Below, one piece after another: positions 12,660 to 24,027 of a stretch of 64,000 nucleotides of DNA. The position numbers and the translations under genes were made by a program. Numbering within the stretch: the first letter of the stretch is position 1; every line of letters starts with the position of its first letter. The notes beneath the pieces are model-generated. The model saw nothing but the letters and a program-made list of their open reading frames with translations, was not told the DNA's origin and did no database searches. The DNA is from Ostrea edulis (lineage: Eukaryota): contig NC_079165.1 of assembly GCF_947568905.1 (NCBI RefSeq), positions 48,484,001 through 48,548,000 of the forward strand, in the 5' to 3' direction.

Positions 12660-13316
12660 TTAGAAGGATCCCTTATTTCCCCTACTTTGATACATCCCCC
12701 TTCCTCTCGAGCTGTAATGATGGGCTGTGTTTGATCTCCCTTGGGCACGAAAATTCTGAGGGCCCCCAAATCCCCTTTGAGAAGGACCCCGTTCCTTATT
12801 AGAACAGAGTGCATAAGGATGACTACCATTACATTTGATGCAAGAATGAAGATAACCACAGGGAGTTTTGAAACAGGACCCCTGATAATTGTATGTGTAA
12901 CACTTTCTAAACTGACCCTGGTTAGTTGGAACAGCAGTCATGTCCTTTGTGTTAATATTCACAACATACAAAAGCCAGAATTCAGAGTCCACTTCACTCC
13001 AAGAACCTGTAGGATGCCTAGCCATTTTCAGCCTAAACTGTTGGTCATATTCCTTAAAACCCTGATTTGAACACCTACTAGCCACCAATCTAACATCTCT
13101 CATATATTTCAACAGTTCCAAATTTTTTGCTGGGTGTGCTTCCAAATAAACACTAGAGAAAATGAGAAAGGCATCAGTCCATTGCTCAATATTATTGATC
13201 TTCTTACTAGATTTTTCAGCTGCCTGTAATTCGCCACTAACAAGTACTAGGGTTTGTTTCTGAGGTTCATTGTAATTTATGAGCATCTTGTCTCACTCAA
13301 CATATTTCCCCCTTAT
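12660..13316 (-). pseudogene. gag-like ORF of DIRS/Ngaro-like retrotransposon, 5'-truncated
   Basis: INNIEQWTDAFLIFSSVY, YDQQFR, W..VD.EFWL and C-terminal CCCH/CCHC-like cluster CYTYNYQGSC...C.YLHSCIKCNGSHPYALC. Confidence 0.8.
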
Positions 13317-14524
13317 AATTGAGTTTCCTCTTCAAGGCCTGCTCTATCATCTCTGGTCTACCATATCTATCATGAAGACGATCCCATATTCTTCTAAGAC
13401 CAAGGCGTGGATCACAAGGAGTGGCTGTGCAAATTTTGATGATTCCGGTCCTAACCATTTCACAATTAAATCCATTTCTTCCAAAGGTGTAAGCGATAGT
13501 TCACTTGTTATACTACGAAATGAAGCAGACCACGCCGCAAAGGTTTCTGCTTTGTCATCAAACTTTGAAATCTTGTGAGGAGAAGGTCTTTTCTGAGCAT
13601 GAATTTTGAAAAGTCTATCATAGGAGCAACACAGGGATTCTCTGGTGGAAAATTAGTAGGTGTAAACTTGTATCTGCTCGCTGTCGGGATATATACTGGA
13701 GAAGGGTTTTGCGGAATGTTCACTGTAGGTATGCCATGAAAATTAGTCAAACCTGTGTTGTGATATTGAGGTACTGGCTCATTAATGTCAACTGGCAGAA
13801 TATTAGGAAGTTCTACAGGAGGGGGGTTCACATGAGGAATATGATCAATGTTTGCTTTTGAGTCTGTCACATGGTCATCCATTACAAATTTCTTAGTCAT
13901 TTCCTCCTTATCTGCAATTTCAGAGGGAAGATCATTACATGATTTGTCACTGCCTCCTTCTAACACTTTTGTCTCCGCTTCAAGGGCTGTTATCTCCTAC
14001 TGGCGAGTAACGTTCAGCTCAGCTTCAATTTCAGCTTTTTGTCTCATCAACTGTCCTTCCTGTTTAATGAATTGTAGTTTCGCTTTGCCAGCTTCCGCTT
14101 TTGCTCTCTTTATACTTGCTAAAGAGCCATTAGATGAAACACATGACATCGTTTCTATCAGTTCCAATTTAACAGTTTTTAAGTCATTTGAAGCTCTTTT
14201 CACAATACTAATACACTTGTTCATATACACTTTGTAATCTGATAGTAGTTGAGAAGACTCCTCAGTGTTGATACTACTGAGATAATTCTCATATTCGCTA
14301 GAATGTTTACAGAATTGTTTGAATTTTGTGTTCAATAAAGAGTCTACTTCCCTCAGTTTTTTCAGATCTTTCTCACACGTTCCTATAGTCACTAGAACAT
14401 CTTCTACTTCATTCCAGGATTTTTCAGCTAGGTCTTTAAGTATTTCATGGCGTTCATTAAACATCTGTTGTCCTTTTTCTGTTAATGTCCGTGTCCGCTT
14501 CTCTGTTAAGAATTCAGCCATCAT
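13317..14524 (-). pseudogene. BEL/Pao LTR retrotransposon gag fragment
   Basis: RTLTEKG start; RAKAEAGKAKLQF..KAEIEAEL coiled coil; frame-shifted RFSKFDDKAETFAAWSASF..EEMDLIVKWLGPES and GLRRIWDRLHDRYGRPEMIEQAL (DUF1759-like BEL gag motifs). Confidence 0.75.
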
Positions 14525-14542
14525 ACCATCATCCTTTTACTA

Positions 14543-14960
14543 TGCTGTCTGGTGCAAACAGCTAGCAAACCAATAACAACACAAATACATGTGTGCTAAC
14601 ATGTACTTTATTGTGTATGTATGAAGTGATAAAAGGCTGCAAAAAATAGGAAAGAAAATTACTCACATGGTTCACATATTGGCAAAATGAAAAAATATAT
14701 TAATTCAAAAGTTCCTAGGAAAAAATGATGGTTATAAAGGAATTTATAGTGTTCAAAACTAATGAAGAAATGTTTAAAAACTTACATGATGGTCTACATC
14801 GAACGATGGCGAAGGATAGAACATGCTGCTCGAATTGCAAAGGAGTGTTTGAAGTAAAAACTTTAAAACAGGAAGTACTCAAAAGGAAAGTGAAAGTTTA
14901 GAATAGATAATTCATACATCATTTATAAATAGGTTGTACGTGTAATAAGTTGTAGCAACA
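14543..14960 (-). mobile_element. Probable BEL/Pao 5' LTR
   Basis: Reverse complement starts TGTTGC and ends ...AGACAGCA, followed by TAGTAAAAGG then the gag ATG; contains AATAAA and internal GTAAGT/GTGAGT..TTGCAG splice-like signals. No second LTR in the window. Confidence 0.55.
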
Positions 14961-14961
14961 C

Positions 14962-15440
14962 AGTGATATGCAGGAGGTTGAAGACGAACATCATTTTTTA
15001 TTTCTTTGCCCAAAATATAACAATGAGAGGTTACAATTAATGGAAACCATCTCAAGAATCAACTCAAATTTCTGTTTTGACACCTACTGAGAAACTGATA
15101 TGGATCTTAAATAATGAAAGTGAAGACATTTTATGTTTTCTTGGAAAATTTATTTTTGAAAACAGTAAAAGAATCAATGTATAAACATATGTATTTTCAT
15201 GTGCATGCAGGTTGTTTTGGGAGTTTATCTTTTGTTGTTGGATGCAATAGAACATTTAAATGTATGAATACAATATGTACATTTATTAACACCTTTACAA
15301 AAATAGAGACAATGATGCCTGATTATGATTGTGTAGTGAGCAATATTGTTGAGTTTCTATTGAAATAATGTTTGAATTATACTTCTTTTGTCAACTATGC
15401 CTTCCGGGGCCCTGATTGGTCAATAAAATATCTTGTATAA
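14962..15440 (+). mobile_element. LINE 3' end fragment (ORF2 C-terminal Zn-finger and 3' UTR)
   Basis: EVEDEHHFLFLCPKYNNER motif; ends CAATAAAATATCTTGTATAA, similar to the LINE end at ~37450. Confidence 0.65.
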
Positions 15441-15930
15441 TCAGAATGGTGTTTGATAAAGTGATTTTTGGATGACTGATGACAAGGTATAAATATTTCC
15501 GTGTTCCATTTTTATAGAAGATGCAGCTATCATGTCAAAAAATCTTGCTATAGTATTTCATTTATCGTATAAAATGTTGAAAAGTCATATATTTTGATGC
15601 TGTTGATTTGGGAAAAGTTTTCTGATTTCAATTTAATTTCTAAAAGTTCTTTGGAATGTTTTAGAGCCCACATTCGTTTAACACCATTTCTCGCGTACAT
15701 GTTTGTTGTGGCACAATACGTCTGAAGTTTCTTCTTCACAGCTGTTGAAGTGAGGAGCAAAGATATGGTGAAACATTTACTGGATCCTGTAATTTAACTT
15801 TGTAAGGGTATTTGCGAAGTTTAGAAATCCAGTCTAAGCTTTGTCAGCTGGTTTGTCACGTTTCATCACTTTGTGTACTAAACACATTTTTTGTTTTAAT
15901 GTGTCTAATACGAGATTTTGAAATTCCTCA
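15441..15930 (-). mobile_element. Penelope-like element reverse transcriptase fragment
   Basis: WISKLRKYPYK..., TAVKKKLQTYC..YARNGVKRMWALKHSKELL, SIKIYDFSTFY (DFSTLY motif), KNGTRKYLYLVI; several frameshifts. Confidence 0.7.
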
Positions 15931-16077
15931 CTTATCCCCCCCCCCCCAATTCTTACAAAGTGTCAAGTTTTTTAGCCTATAAAATTCGACAGAATTCAAA
16001 ACAAGAGTTGAAGTTCCGTCTCCAATGTATGATAAAGATAGCGAATAAACATCAGGTTAATATCGATTGCTCCTGAT

Positions 16078-16450
16078 ACACGTGGCGAATCACGTGGCTT
16101 TGGTATGACCTATTACCTATAGAAATGACGACGAAAGTCAACACAAGGGAAATTTCAAACGAGTAAGTAACACCTTTATCAATAACAAATTGTCACACAA
16201 CTTATACCAAATTTGAAAGATTTTCTCCGGAATAAATATAGAGTAAAATAGTAGTTCTACGTGCAATAGAAGCAGAGAACATTGACACAGTTTTTTGGCG
16301 GTCGGAAAGTATTTGACTTCAAATGTTGATATAAGTTATTTGACAATTCGTTATTGATAAAGATGTTACTAATTCGTTTGAATTTTCCCTTGAATTGACT
16401 TTCGTCGTCATTTTTTCAGGGTCACGCCAGTCACGTGATTCGTCACTGTG
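16078..16450. mobile_element. Fold-back/MITE-like element with ~135-bp imperfect inverted arms
   Basis: 16078-16219 is the reverse complement of 16317-16450 (e.g. AAATGACGACGAAAGTCAA / TTGACTTTCGTCGTCATTT; CTTTATCAATAAC / GTTATTGATAAAG). No TSD seen. Confidence 0.75.
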
Positions 16451-16835
16451 AAATAAGTATATCGTGGTGATATTTGTGATAGTTGTACCGGTGTTGTAGC
16501 ATAGAATTTCCCCTCGCATAGACTTCCCCCCGGAAAAACGGGCCCGGGATAGACATTCCCCCGGGAAGACGGGCCTGGCATAGAATTTCCCCATAGGAAG
16601 AATTAACCCGGGCCCAATTTTCTCCCCTAGGAAAAACCGTCCTTGTATAGAATTTCCCCCTAAAAGACAGTACGCCCCCCCCTTCTTACATTTTAGCTAT
16701 GTATCCGTTTCCAGTTCCACTACTAGAATTTTATTGCTTATCTATACCCAGGAATTCTTCTTTTCTTTTTTTTTTTTGAGCAGGGTCTTGTGTATCACAA
16801 TCATCATCTTATGGGTTTTTTTTAAACGAATTAGA

Positions 16836-17153
16836 AAATAGAAAGAAAAAATCAGAGGTAGGGTAAAGCAGAAACTAGTGGCAAGAAACCCAGGGAATTG
16901 AGGTGGAGTGCTTTGTGTAGTAAATCTGAAGAAGATTGAGACACATGTACAAGTGCTTCACTCTCAACAGGAACCGGGTACAGACACAGAGTGAAATAAG
17001 AAAGCCCACCTCGTACATTATTTCCATTGATTATAAGTGATTGAAGTATTACCCAATTAAAGAAAAATCATTATACCAATCATTATTACCTCAGGCAGAG
17101 TTAGAGGGAAACTATTATATTATCCCTGAGAACCCAGTACAAAACACGTTACA
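16836..17153 (+). mobile_element. Gypsy 5' LTR (missing its first ~175 bp)
   Basis: Matches 23710-24027 with ~8 substitutions and 2 indels; ends CACGTTACA. Confidence 0.9.
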
Positions 17154-17156
17154 TTT

Positions 17157-17169
17157 TGGTGGCAGCCGG
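17157..17169 (+). promoter_or_regulatory. Primer-binding site, tRNA-Leu-like
   Basis: TGGTGGCAGCCGG 3 nt after the LTR; tRNA-Leu(AAG/TAG) 3' ends give TGGTGGCAGCGG. Confidence 0.65.
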
Positions 17170-17478
17170 TTCAGGGATAAAATTGTAGTGATTTCAATGT
17201 AAGTTTATTTCTTAGGTTTTATTTGGCTATTTTCAAAAGGTAACATATACCGGGTGTATTGTTACCGGTTGCTAGATACCGGGTGTATTGTTACCGGGTG
17301 TTTTGAACAAGGTGTAGTGTTACCGGGTACTGTATATCAGGTTCAGCTCGACTGTGTATCGGAATTTTGAGTTAGAAATAAAAGTAGAACAAGGGCACCG
17401 CTAAACGGAGCATCCCCTCGCGGCAGGAAATATCATGAACATATGCATGCATTATCAAGGCATAGATGAGGAATGAGG

Positions 17479-17524
<46 letters not shown>

Positions 17525-18559
17525 ATAATTCCCAGATTTTTATACCGTTTAATAAAAATTTAAACTTTTTCAAAAGAACACGACGATGAAACACTGACAT
17601 TTATAGTTTCACATTTTGAATTCTTTTGTGATATAATAAAACGTTAGTAATCATTACACATGTATGCATAATAGACAGCAAATACAAGGGAAGCAACTCT
17701 CATACTTTTCAACATTCTGCACTCCGTACTCTGTGTAAACCGGCCAATTTCTTTGGAACCACACACAGCCGGTTTAGACAGATTATACTGTATAGCTATT
17801 TATTATTGATTAAAATTCAGATACCTCTAACATCATTTGGTGGTGTGGGGCATAATTAACATGGTATTTTTAATAAACCTATCAAGGTGCATATCATTTG
17901 GGTTCATATATAGGGTTTTGTTAAATATATATAGCTATTTATTATTGATTAAAATTCAGAGACCTCTAACATCATTAGGTGGTGGTGGTGGAGGGGGGGG
18001 GGGTAATTAATATGGCATTTTTAATAAACCTATCAAGGTGCATATTATCTTGGGAGGGGGGGGGGCATATACATACGTGATTGGGCAGTTTCCCTTATTC
18101 CTAGCAGAAACATATCACGTATGCACTAAATTTCAGTAATTTACTTGCCTGAATATACCTCACAGTTGTTGTATGCAGAATGCATGAACTCAGAAAATTC
18201 CCACGGAAGCAAATATTTTTTCGTTATATAAAAAGACATTACCGGTGTTGACAGGTCGACGAAGCTTGTGAAATATCTTTATAGCTTTCAAGAATTACTT
18301 ACGCCTCAAGAATTAATTCAGAATTAATTCTGTAAACAGACACGTGTGGTAATCTGAATTAATTCTGTATTGAAAACACGTGGGGTAATCTGGTAATGAA
18401 ACCGCGACGTTCATCAAATTATTTTAATTACTCAGTGTCAGAGATAGCGCTTTTAATTCCTACAGACTGTCTTTGCGCACGCCAACGTACACTAGGCCTA
18501 ATATCATGCACAAATACAAACTTACCTGCAGCAGACGTAAGCTGTCTCCTTTTCTTTAA

Positions 18560-18796
18560 ACTGGTTCCCTGTTAATTGGTCGTACCAGTTTGAATTAACC
18601 GGAAGTGAGTATTGTCAACTCGTACATAAAATTTCACGGTTTTTAGGTAGTAAAGACGCGATATTTTAAGAAATATTTTACTTATTTTAACTTGAAAATT
18701 AATAGGGTTCGTCTTTTTACAATGCCACATATGTATGCGAAGGCTGAGAATCGTTAGTGCAAAGGTTCTCTTTAAATCTTGCCCACAAGTTGTAAT

Positions 18797-18848
<52 letters not shown>

Positions 18849-18893
18849 GCGATGCTATATCCCCTCCGCAACTAGTTGCGCGAGGGGATAATA
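18560..18893 (+). mobile_element. HINE-like 3' end with (CA)n, inserted in the Gypsy leader
   Basis: (CA)n at ~18798-18844 followed by hairpin ATCCCCTCCGCAACTAGTTGCGCGAGGGGAT and an A-rich flank; 5' end not defined. Confidence 0.5.
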
Positions 18894-18942
18894 AAAGGAA
18901 TATAAGGGTCTTGTTTTTGTATTCCGCAAAAGAAAATCAGAA

Positions 18943-21900
18943 ATGGATGACAAAGAAGCTGACCTTTGGGCTGATCTCAGTGCAATAGATGCTAGACGAG
19001 AAAAGTTAAAAGAAACATTGGATAAATTGAGGTCTACGCCTTATACATCTAAACCGTCTTTGATACCAGATTCTGGGGGTAGATGTAAGACACAAATCCG
19101 ATACTAGTGTAGACGAGCTGACATCTCGATATGCCAATACTGGAGGTGCAAGAGTTAAACCAAACACTGCTGATGATTTTGGTCATTCAAAATATCCAAA
19201 ATCAAATTACTCTTTTTACCAAGAGGGCACAAGTAAAGAAACAGCAATGAATACCAGTCATTACGATTTTCTAACCCCTCGATCAATTGAACAACCAATT
19301 TTCTCTGAGACGCCAATTTCGGGTAGTTTTCCTTCTTATACACATTGTCCCGGGGCTACATCAACGACGACTAGTGTAACGTGGACATCAGGACTTAGTG
19401 CAGGGAATGGACCATATCCAAACCTAGGCTTAAATCAAAAATCGAGCTCGAAAGGCAGTGCTGAAAACAATCTGACAGAGTATACAATGGGCAAAACTAT
19501 CATGAAACCGGCAACGTTTGATGGCACATCCTCTTGGATAGACTATAAAGCTCACTTTGAAGCCTGCTGTAGTATTAACACGTGAAATCCTCGACAGAAG
19601 AGCTTATACTTGGCAGCGTCTTTCAGGGGACAAGCACAGACTGTCCTTGGTAACATGAAAACAAGTACAACGTGCACATATGAAGATTTATGCGAAGCAT
19701 TAGAGGCTAGATTTGCTCCTGCAAATCAAACCGAACTGTACCGAGCAATGTTGAGGGGAAAACACCAAAAAAGCGACAGAGACTTTACCAGAGCTAGGGG
19801 AAAATATGCGTCGTTTGACTCATCTTGCATACCCTACAGCACCAAGGGAGGTAACTGAAATGATTGCCAAACACCAGTTTGTTGATGCATTGTCTGATTT
19901 TGACATGCGGCTCCGTATTCAACAGTCTCGACCCAAATCTTTAAATGATGCTGTGAGATTAGCAGTCGAAATAGAAGCGTTTTGCAGAGCTGAGCGTCAA
20001 CGTAGGCATGATGTTGGATTTGCTCGAGGTGCTGCAAAGGACCAAGTAGATACAACTACATATACAGGACAGAGTAGCATGGGTGTAAATGAAGAAGTTC
20101 TTAAGCTTCGTCAGGAAATTCAACAGTCCATGAAAGATTTGGAGAATAAGATATCAAAATTGTCTGCAAGTAAGGGGTCGTCCGAGTCTACTGATACAGG
20201 GCATTTCAGTAGGTTTCCTTTCAAATGCCATCATTGTGGAAAGCGCGTGCATAAGATAAAAGATTGTTATATGAAGCCAAGGTCAAACCAAGAACAGACA
20301 CAAAAGAATTCTGTTAAATCCAAAGCAGATAAACATTCCGAAAGTCAGTTCAAGGGCAAAGGTCATGAAACGACATCTAATACAGCTACTATAAAGAACG
20401 CTACAGTGGGTACAGAATCTGGTTTGTTTACCAATGCGTTTGTAAACATGGTTCTATGTAATTTGCTAGTTGACACCGGTGCAACATTAACAATTCTTGC
20501 TGATAGAATATTTAATGAGATAGAAAGAACAGATCCTTGTTATTTGGAACCAGTTGCACAAAACATTGTTGGCGCTGATGGAACTCCCTTAAAAGTAAAA
20601 GGAAAAGGAAATTTCAAAATCCAGCTAGGGGAATATAAGTTTGAATGTAAAGCTGTGGTGGCCAATGTTAAAGCCGACGGAATTTTAGGTCTTGATTCCT
20701 TAAATCAAGTCATTGTTTAGTTGACATATCTCAAAACAAAATGTATGTACATGGGGTAGAGCATGAACTACAGTTAGAAGGCCACAATGGGTGTTTTCGC
20801 GTTAGCCTGACCGAAACTATTGTAATTCCACCTAGAAGTGAAATGGTTTGTACAGGTGAAATACTGTCATCTACTGGAACTACAATTCAGGGACCCTTGC
20901 TAGTGGAACCATGTGAAAAATTTCAAAGAAGTGGGAAAGCAATGGTTGCCAGTACTCTCGTTAGTTTTGATAAAAGTGTTGCATTGCGTTTCATGAATAT
21001 GTCAGGCCAGCTTCAAACAATTTATAAGAACACGGTAGTAGGCGTGACATCGCCTGTAATGGATGTCTCTGAATGTGCCGATGTGAACGTGTTCAACTCT
21101 GTTGTAACTGGTAAAGAAGAAGTACATTTAATTGAGATGTACCATGAAGCCACTAGAGATCTCAAAGAGGAGCAAAAAGCTTAAGTGAAAATGACATTAT
21201 TAAGGTTTCAACATTTGTTTTCCAAGTCCAAAGACGATTTTGGAAGAACTTCATTAATCAAACACAAAATAAACTCAGAAGGTGCAAAGCCGACTAAGCA
21301 GCCGCCAAGACGTCTACCTCACCATGCAGCAGAATTTGTCGACAAAGAAGTGGAGAATATGATTGAACGGGGTATAGTTGAACCCTCGTCAAGTCCATGG
21401 GCTACCGGGGTAGTATTGACAGAGAAGAAGGATGGCACTAAAAGGTTTTGTGTATATTACAGGTCTCTAAATAGTAAGACTGTAAAAGATGCATACCCCT
21501 TCCCAAGAATCGACGATTCACTTGATCGTTTGAAAGGGGCTAACTGGTTTTGTACCTTGGATCTTAATTAAGGTTTTTGGCAGGTTGAAATGGACGAAGC
21601 TGATAAACAAAAGACCGCGTTTGTTACAAGAAATGGCCCGTTTCAATTCTCAGTCATGCCTTTTGGGCTTTGCAACAGTCCAGCAACTTTTGAGAGATTG
21701 ATGACTGCCCTTGCTGGTTTGCATTTTAAGATATGTCTAGTGTATATAGATGACATAATTGTGTTTGGTAAATCGTTTGAAGACACATTACAGAATCTTG
21801 AACAGGTGTTTCAAAGACTCCAACAAACTGGGCTGAAAATGAAACCCTATAAGTGCACGCTGTTTAAAAAAGAAGTTTTATTTCTTGGTTACAGAGTGTC

Positions 21901-22640
21901 TGGCATGGGAGTGCTAACTGATCCTCAGAAAATAGCAGTGATTGAAAATTGGCCTGTACCAATTGATGCAAGTGAAGTGCGATCTTTCTTGGGTGTATGT
22001 GCTTATTATAGGAGATTTATAGCTGGTTTCTCCTCTCTAGCTAAACCATTGTTTAGGTTGACAGAAAAAGGTAGAGTGTTTAAATGGACCAGAGAGTGTC
22101 AGGAAGCTTTTGAAAAACTAAAAGGTCGCTTAGTTAGTGCCCCTATTCTAGCTCATCCTGACTTCTCGTTACCCTTTGTTCTCGGTACCGACGCTAGTCA
22201 AGTAGGAATTGGTGCAGTCTTGTCGCAGGAAATTGAAGGTCAGACGAGAGTAATTTCCTATGCTAGCAGATCTCTTTCAAAGAGTGAACGTAAATATTGT
22301 GTGACAAGGAAAGAGCTTCTAGCGGTGGTGTTGTGCATGCCAACATTGTCGTCACTATCTATACGGGCACAAAACTATTGTTAGAACTTATCATAGCGCG
22401 TTAAAGTGGCTGATGAATTTTAAAGACCCACAGGGCCAGGTTGCAAGATTGATTGAGTGTCTTGGTACATATGATCTAGATATAAGACATAGACCAGGTG
22501 CAAAACACTGCAATGCAGACAGTCTGAGTAGATATCCATGCCGTCATTGCGGAATCACTGAAAACAGTGACATTGTTAAGAAAGACCCCAAAGTAAACAT
22601 TATACATGCATTATACAGTATTGAGAAAAACACCCCTTAA
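18943..22640 (+). pseudogene. Ty3/Gypsy gag-protease-RT-RNase H, broken into at least 7 ORF pieces; no integrase
   Basis: KPATFDGTSSWIDYKAHFE; knuckle CHHCGKRVHKIKDC; protease LVDTGAT; RT PWA..VL..KKDG..RFC, MPFGLCNSPATF, YIDDIIVF; RNase H TDASQVGIGAVLSQ, ELLAVV, NADSLSR. Confidence 0.92.
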
Positions 22641-22692
22641 GATTGTTAAAATGTAATTTTGTTTATTTGTAGGATAGAATAGGCATTAAAAG

Positions 22693-23331
22693 ATGCCACT
22701 TACAAAATTGACACCTAGAAAACCAGGATTTTTATGTTCGATTTGCTTGGTTCGCCTTCCGTCAAAAGATGAGTGGAGTAACCATTTGTTGGCATGTGGT
22801 TTGGCTGACATGAACAAACGAAAGTTTGAATGTGACTTATGTGACCAAGCTTTTGGGAAAAAGGTGATTCTTACCAGGCACATAAAAAGGGTTCACCCGA
22901 GTGTAGAAAAGATCAAAGCAGCTATTCCAGAGCAAGTAGAGTCTACACCAAAGCCTTCCCAACAAGAAGAGGAGTGGGACAAAAACCCAGGAGAACTTAT
23001 CTTTGATGATGCTGATCTGGAGGTCGGTAGAACCCAGCGTAAAAGAACAACACCACGTTCACCAGGCGTTAAACGCAAAGATAAAGAAATAGAAACTGAG
23101 AATGAAACGGAGATCAGTGAACCCGATTCCCAAGAGGCGCCCTTGGAATATCATCACTGCTCCTGTTGCAAAAATGCCAGAAAAGAGAGAATTGATACTG
23201 GAACGCAGACCAACGTTAAGCTTGATGAAGAGAAGAAAACAGGTCATCAGAAAATAATAAGAGTGATCAGGAGATACCAAGAGAAGGGTGAAAGTGTAGA
23301 AAAATTTGAAGAAGATGTTTGGTATGATTAA
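22693..23331 (+). CDS. Intact 212-aa zinc-finger ORF inside the Gypsy element, just upstream of the 3' LTR
   Basis: ATG..TAA intact; C2HC finger CSICLVRLPSKDEWSNHLLAC and C2H2 finger CDLCDQAFGKKVILTRHIKRVH; basic RKR..KRK cluster; upstream acceptor-like TTTTGTTTATTTGTAG (ends 22671). Confidence 0.65.
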   Translation: MPLTKLTPRKPGFLCSICLVRLPSKDEWSNHLLACGLADMNKRKFECDLCDQAFGKKVILTRHIKRVHPSVEKIKAAIPEQVESTPKPSQQEEEWDKNPGELIFDDADLEVGRTQRKRTTPRSPGVKRKDKEIETENETEISEPDSQEAPLEYHHCSCCKNARKERIDTGTQTNVKLDEEKKTGHQKIIRVIRRYQEKGESVEKFEEDVWYD

Positions 23332-23535
23332 CTTATAGAAAACAAAACAAAAGAAAAACAATTATATGTGGTTTGCAATGAAACTGGGTGTTTTATTTCT
23401 ACCGCTAACAAACTGTTATGTTGGTACATGTGTTGATCTTTATGTTTAGAATATGAATAATAAAAAAACATCTTTAAAACAGAGTTCAGAGAATCAATAA
23501 AGATGCGGGACGCATGAAATCAGAGGCGTGGTTAA

Positions 23536-24027
23536 TGTAATGATAATATCCTATAAAGAGAAACGTTCTAATGAACTTGATTCATGTGGGAATAATGGAA
23601 CGACCTGACTTCCCTTGGAGTGGACTACTCCAAGGGTATATAAACTGCTGCACTGCAGAATCTGAAATAGTTGGAAGTGAACAGCAGCGGAGAAGCTGGG
23701 AGAGAAAGAAGAAAAATAGAAAGAAGAAATCAGAGGTAGGGTAAAGCAGAAACTAGTGGCAAGAAACCCAGGGAATTGAGGTGGAGTGCTTTGTGTAGTA
23801 AATCTGAAGAAGATTGAGACACAAGTGCTTCACTCCCAACAGGAAACGGGTACAGACACACGGTGAAATAAGAAAGCCCACCTCGTACATCATTTCCATT
23901 GATTATATAAGTGATTGAAGTATTACCCAATTAAAGAAAAATCATTATACCAATCATTATTAACTCAGGCAGAGTTAGAGGAAAACTATTATATTATCCC
24001 TGAGAACCCAGTACAAAACACGTTACA
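23536..24027 (+). mobile_element. Gypsy 3' LTR (492 bp)
   Basis: TGTAA...TTACA termini; TATA-like GTATATAAA at ~23636; identity to the 5' LTR. Confidence 0.92.

Noticed and set aside
12741-14576. Plus-strand ORFs opposite the DIRS/BEL genes (and 43153-44369 opposite the hAT)
   Set aside because: Antisense shadows of real coding frames; no motifs.
18572-18988. ORFs with CVCV/HTHT runs (also 52799, 55319, 58709, 61302)
   Set aside because: Microsatellite translation artefacts.
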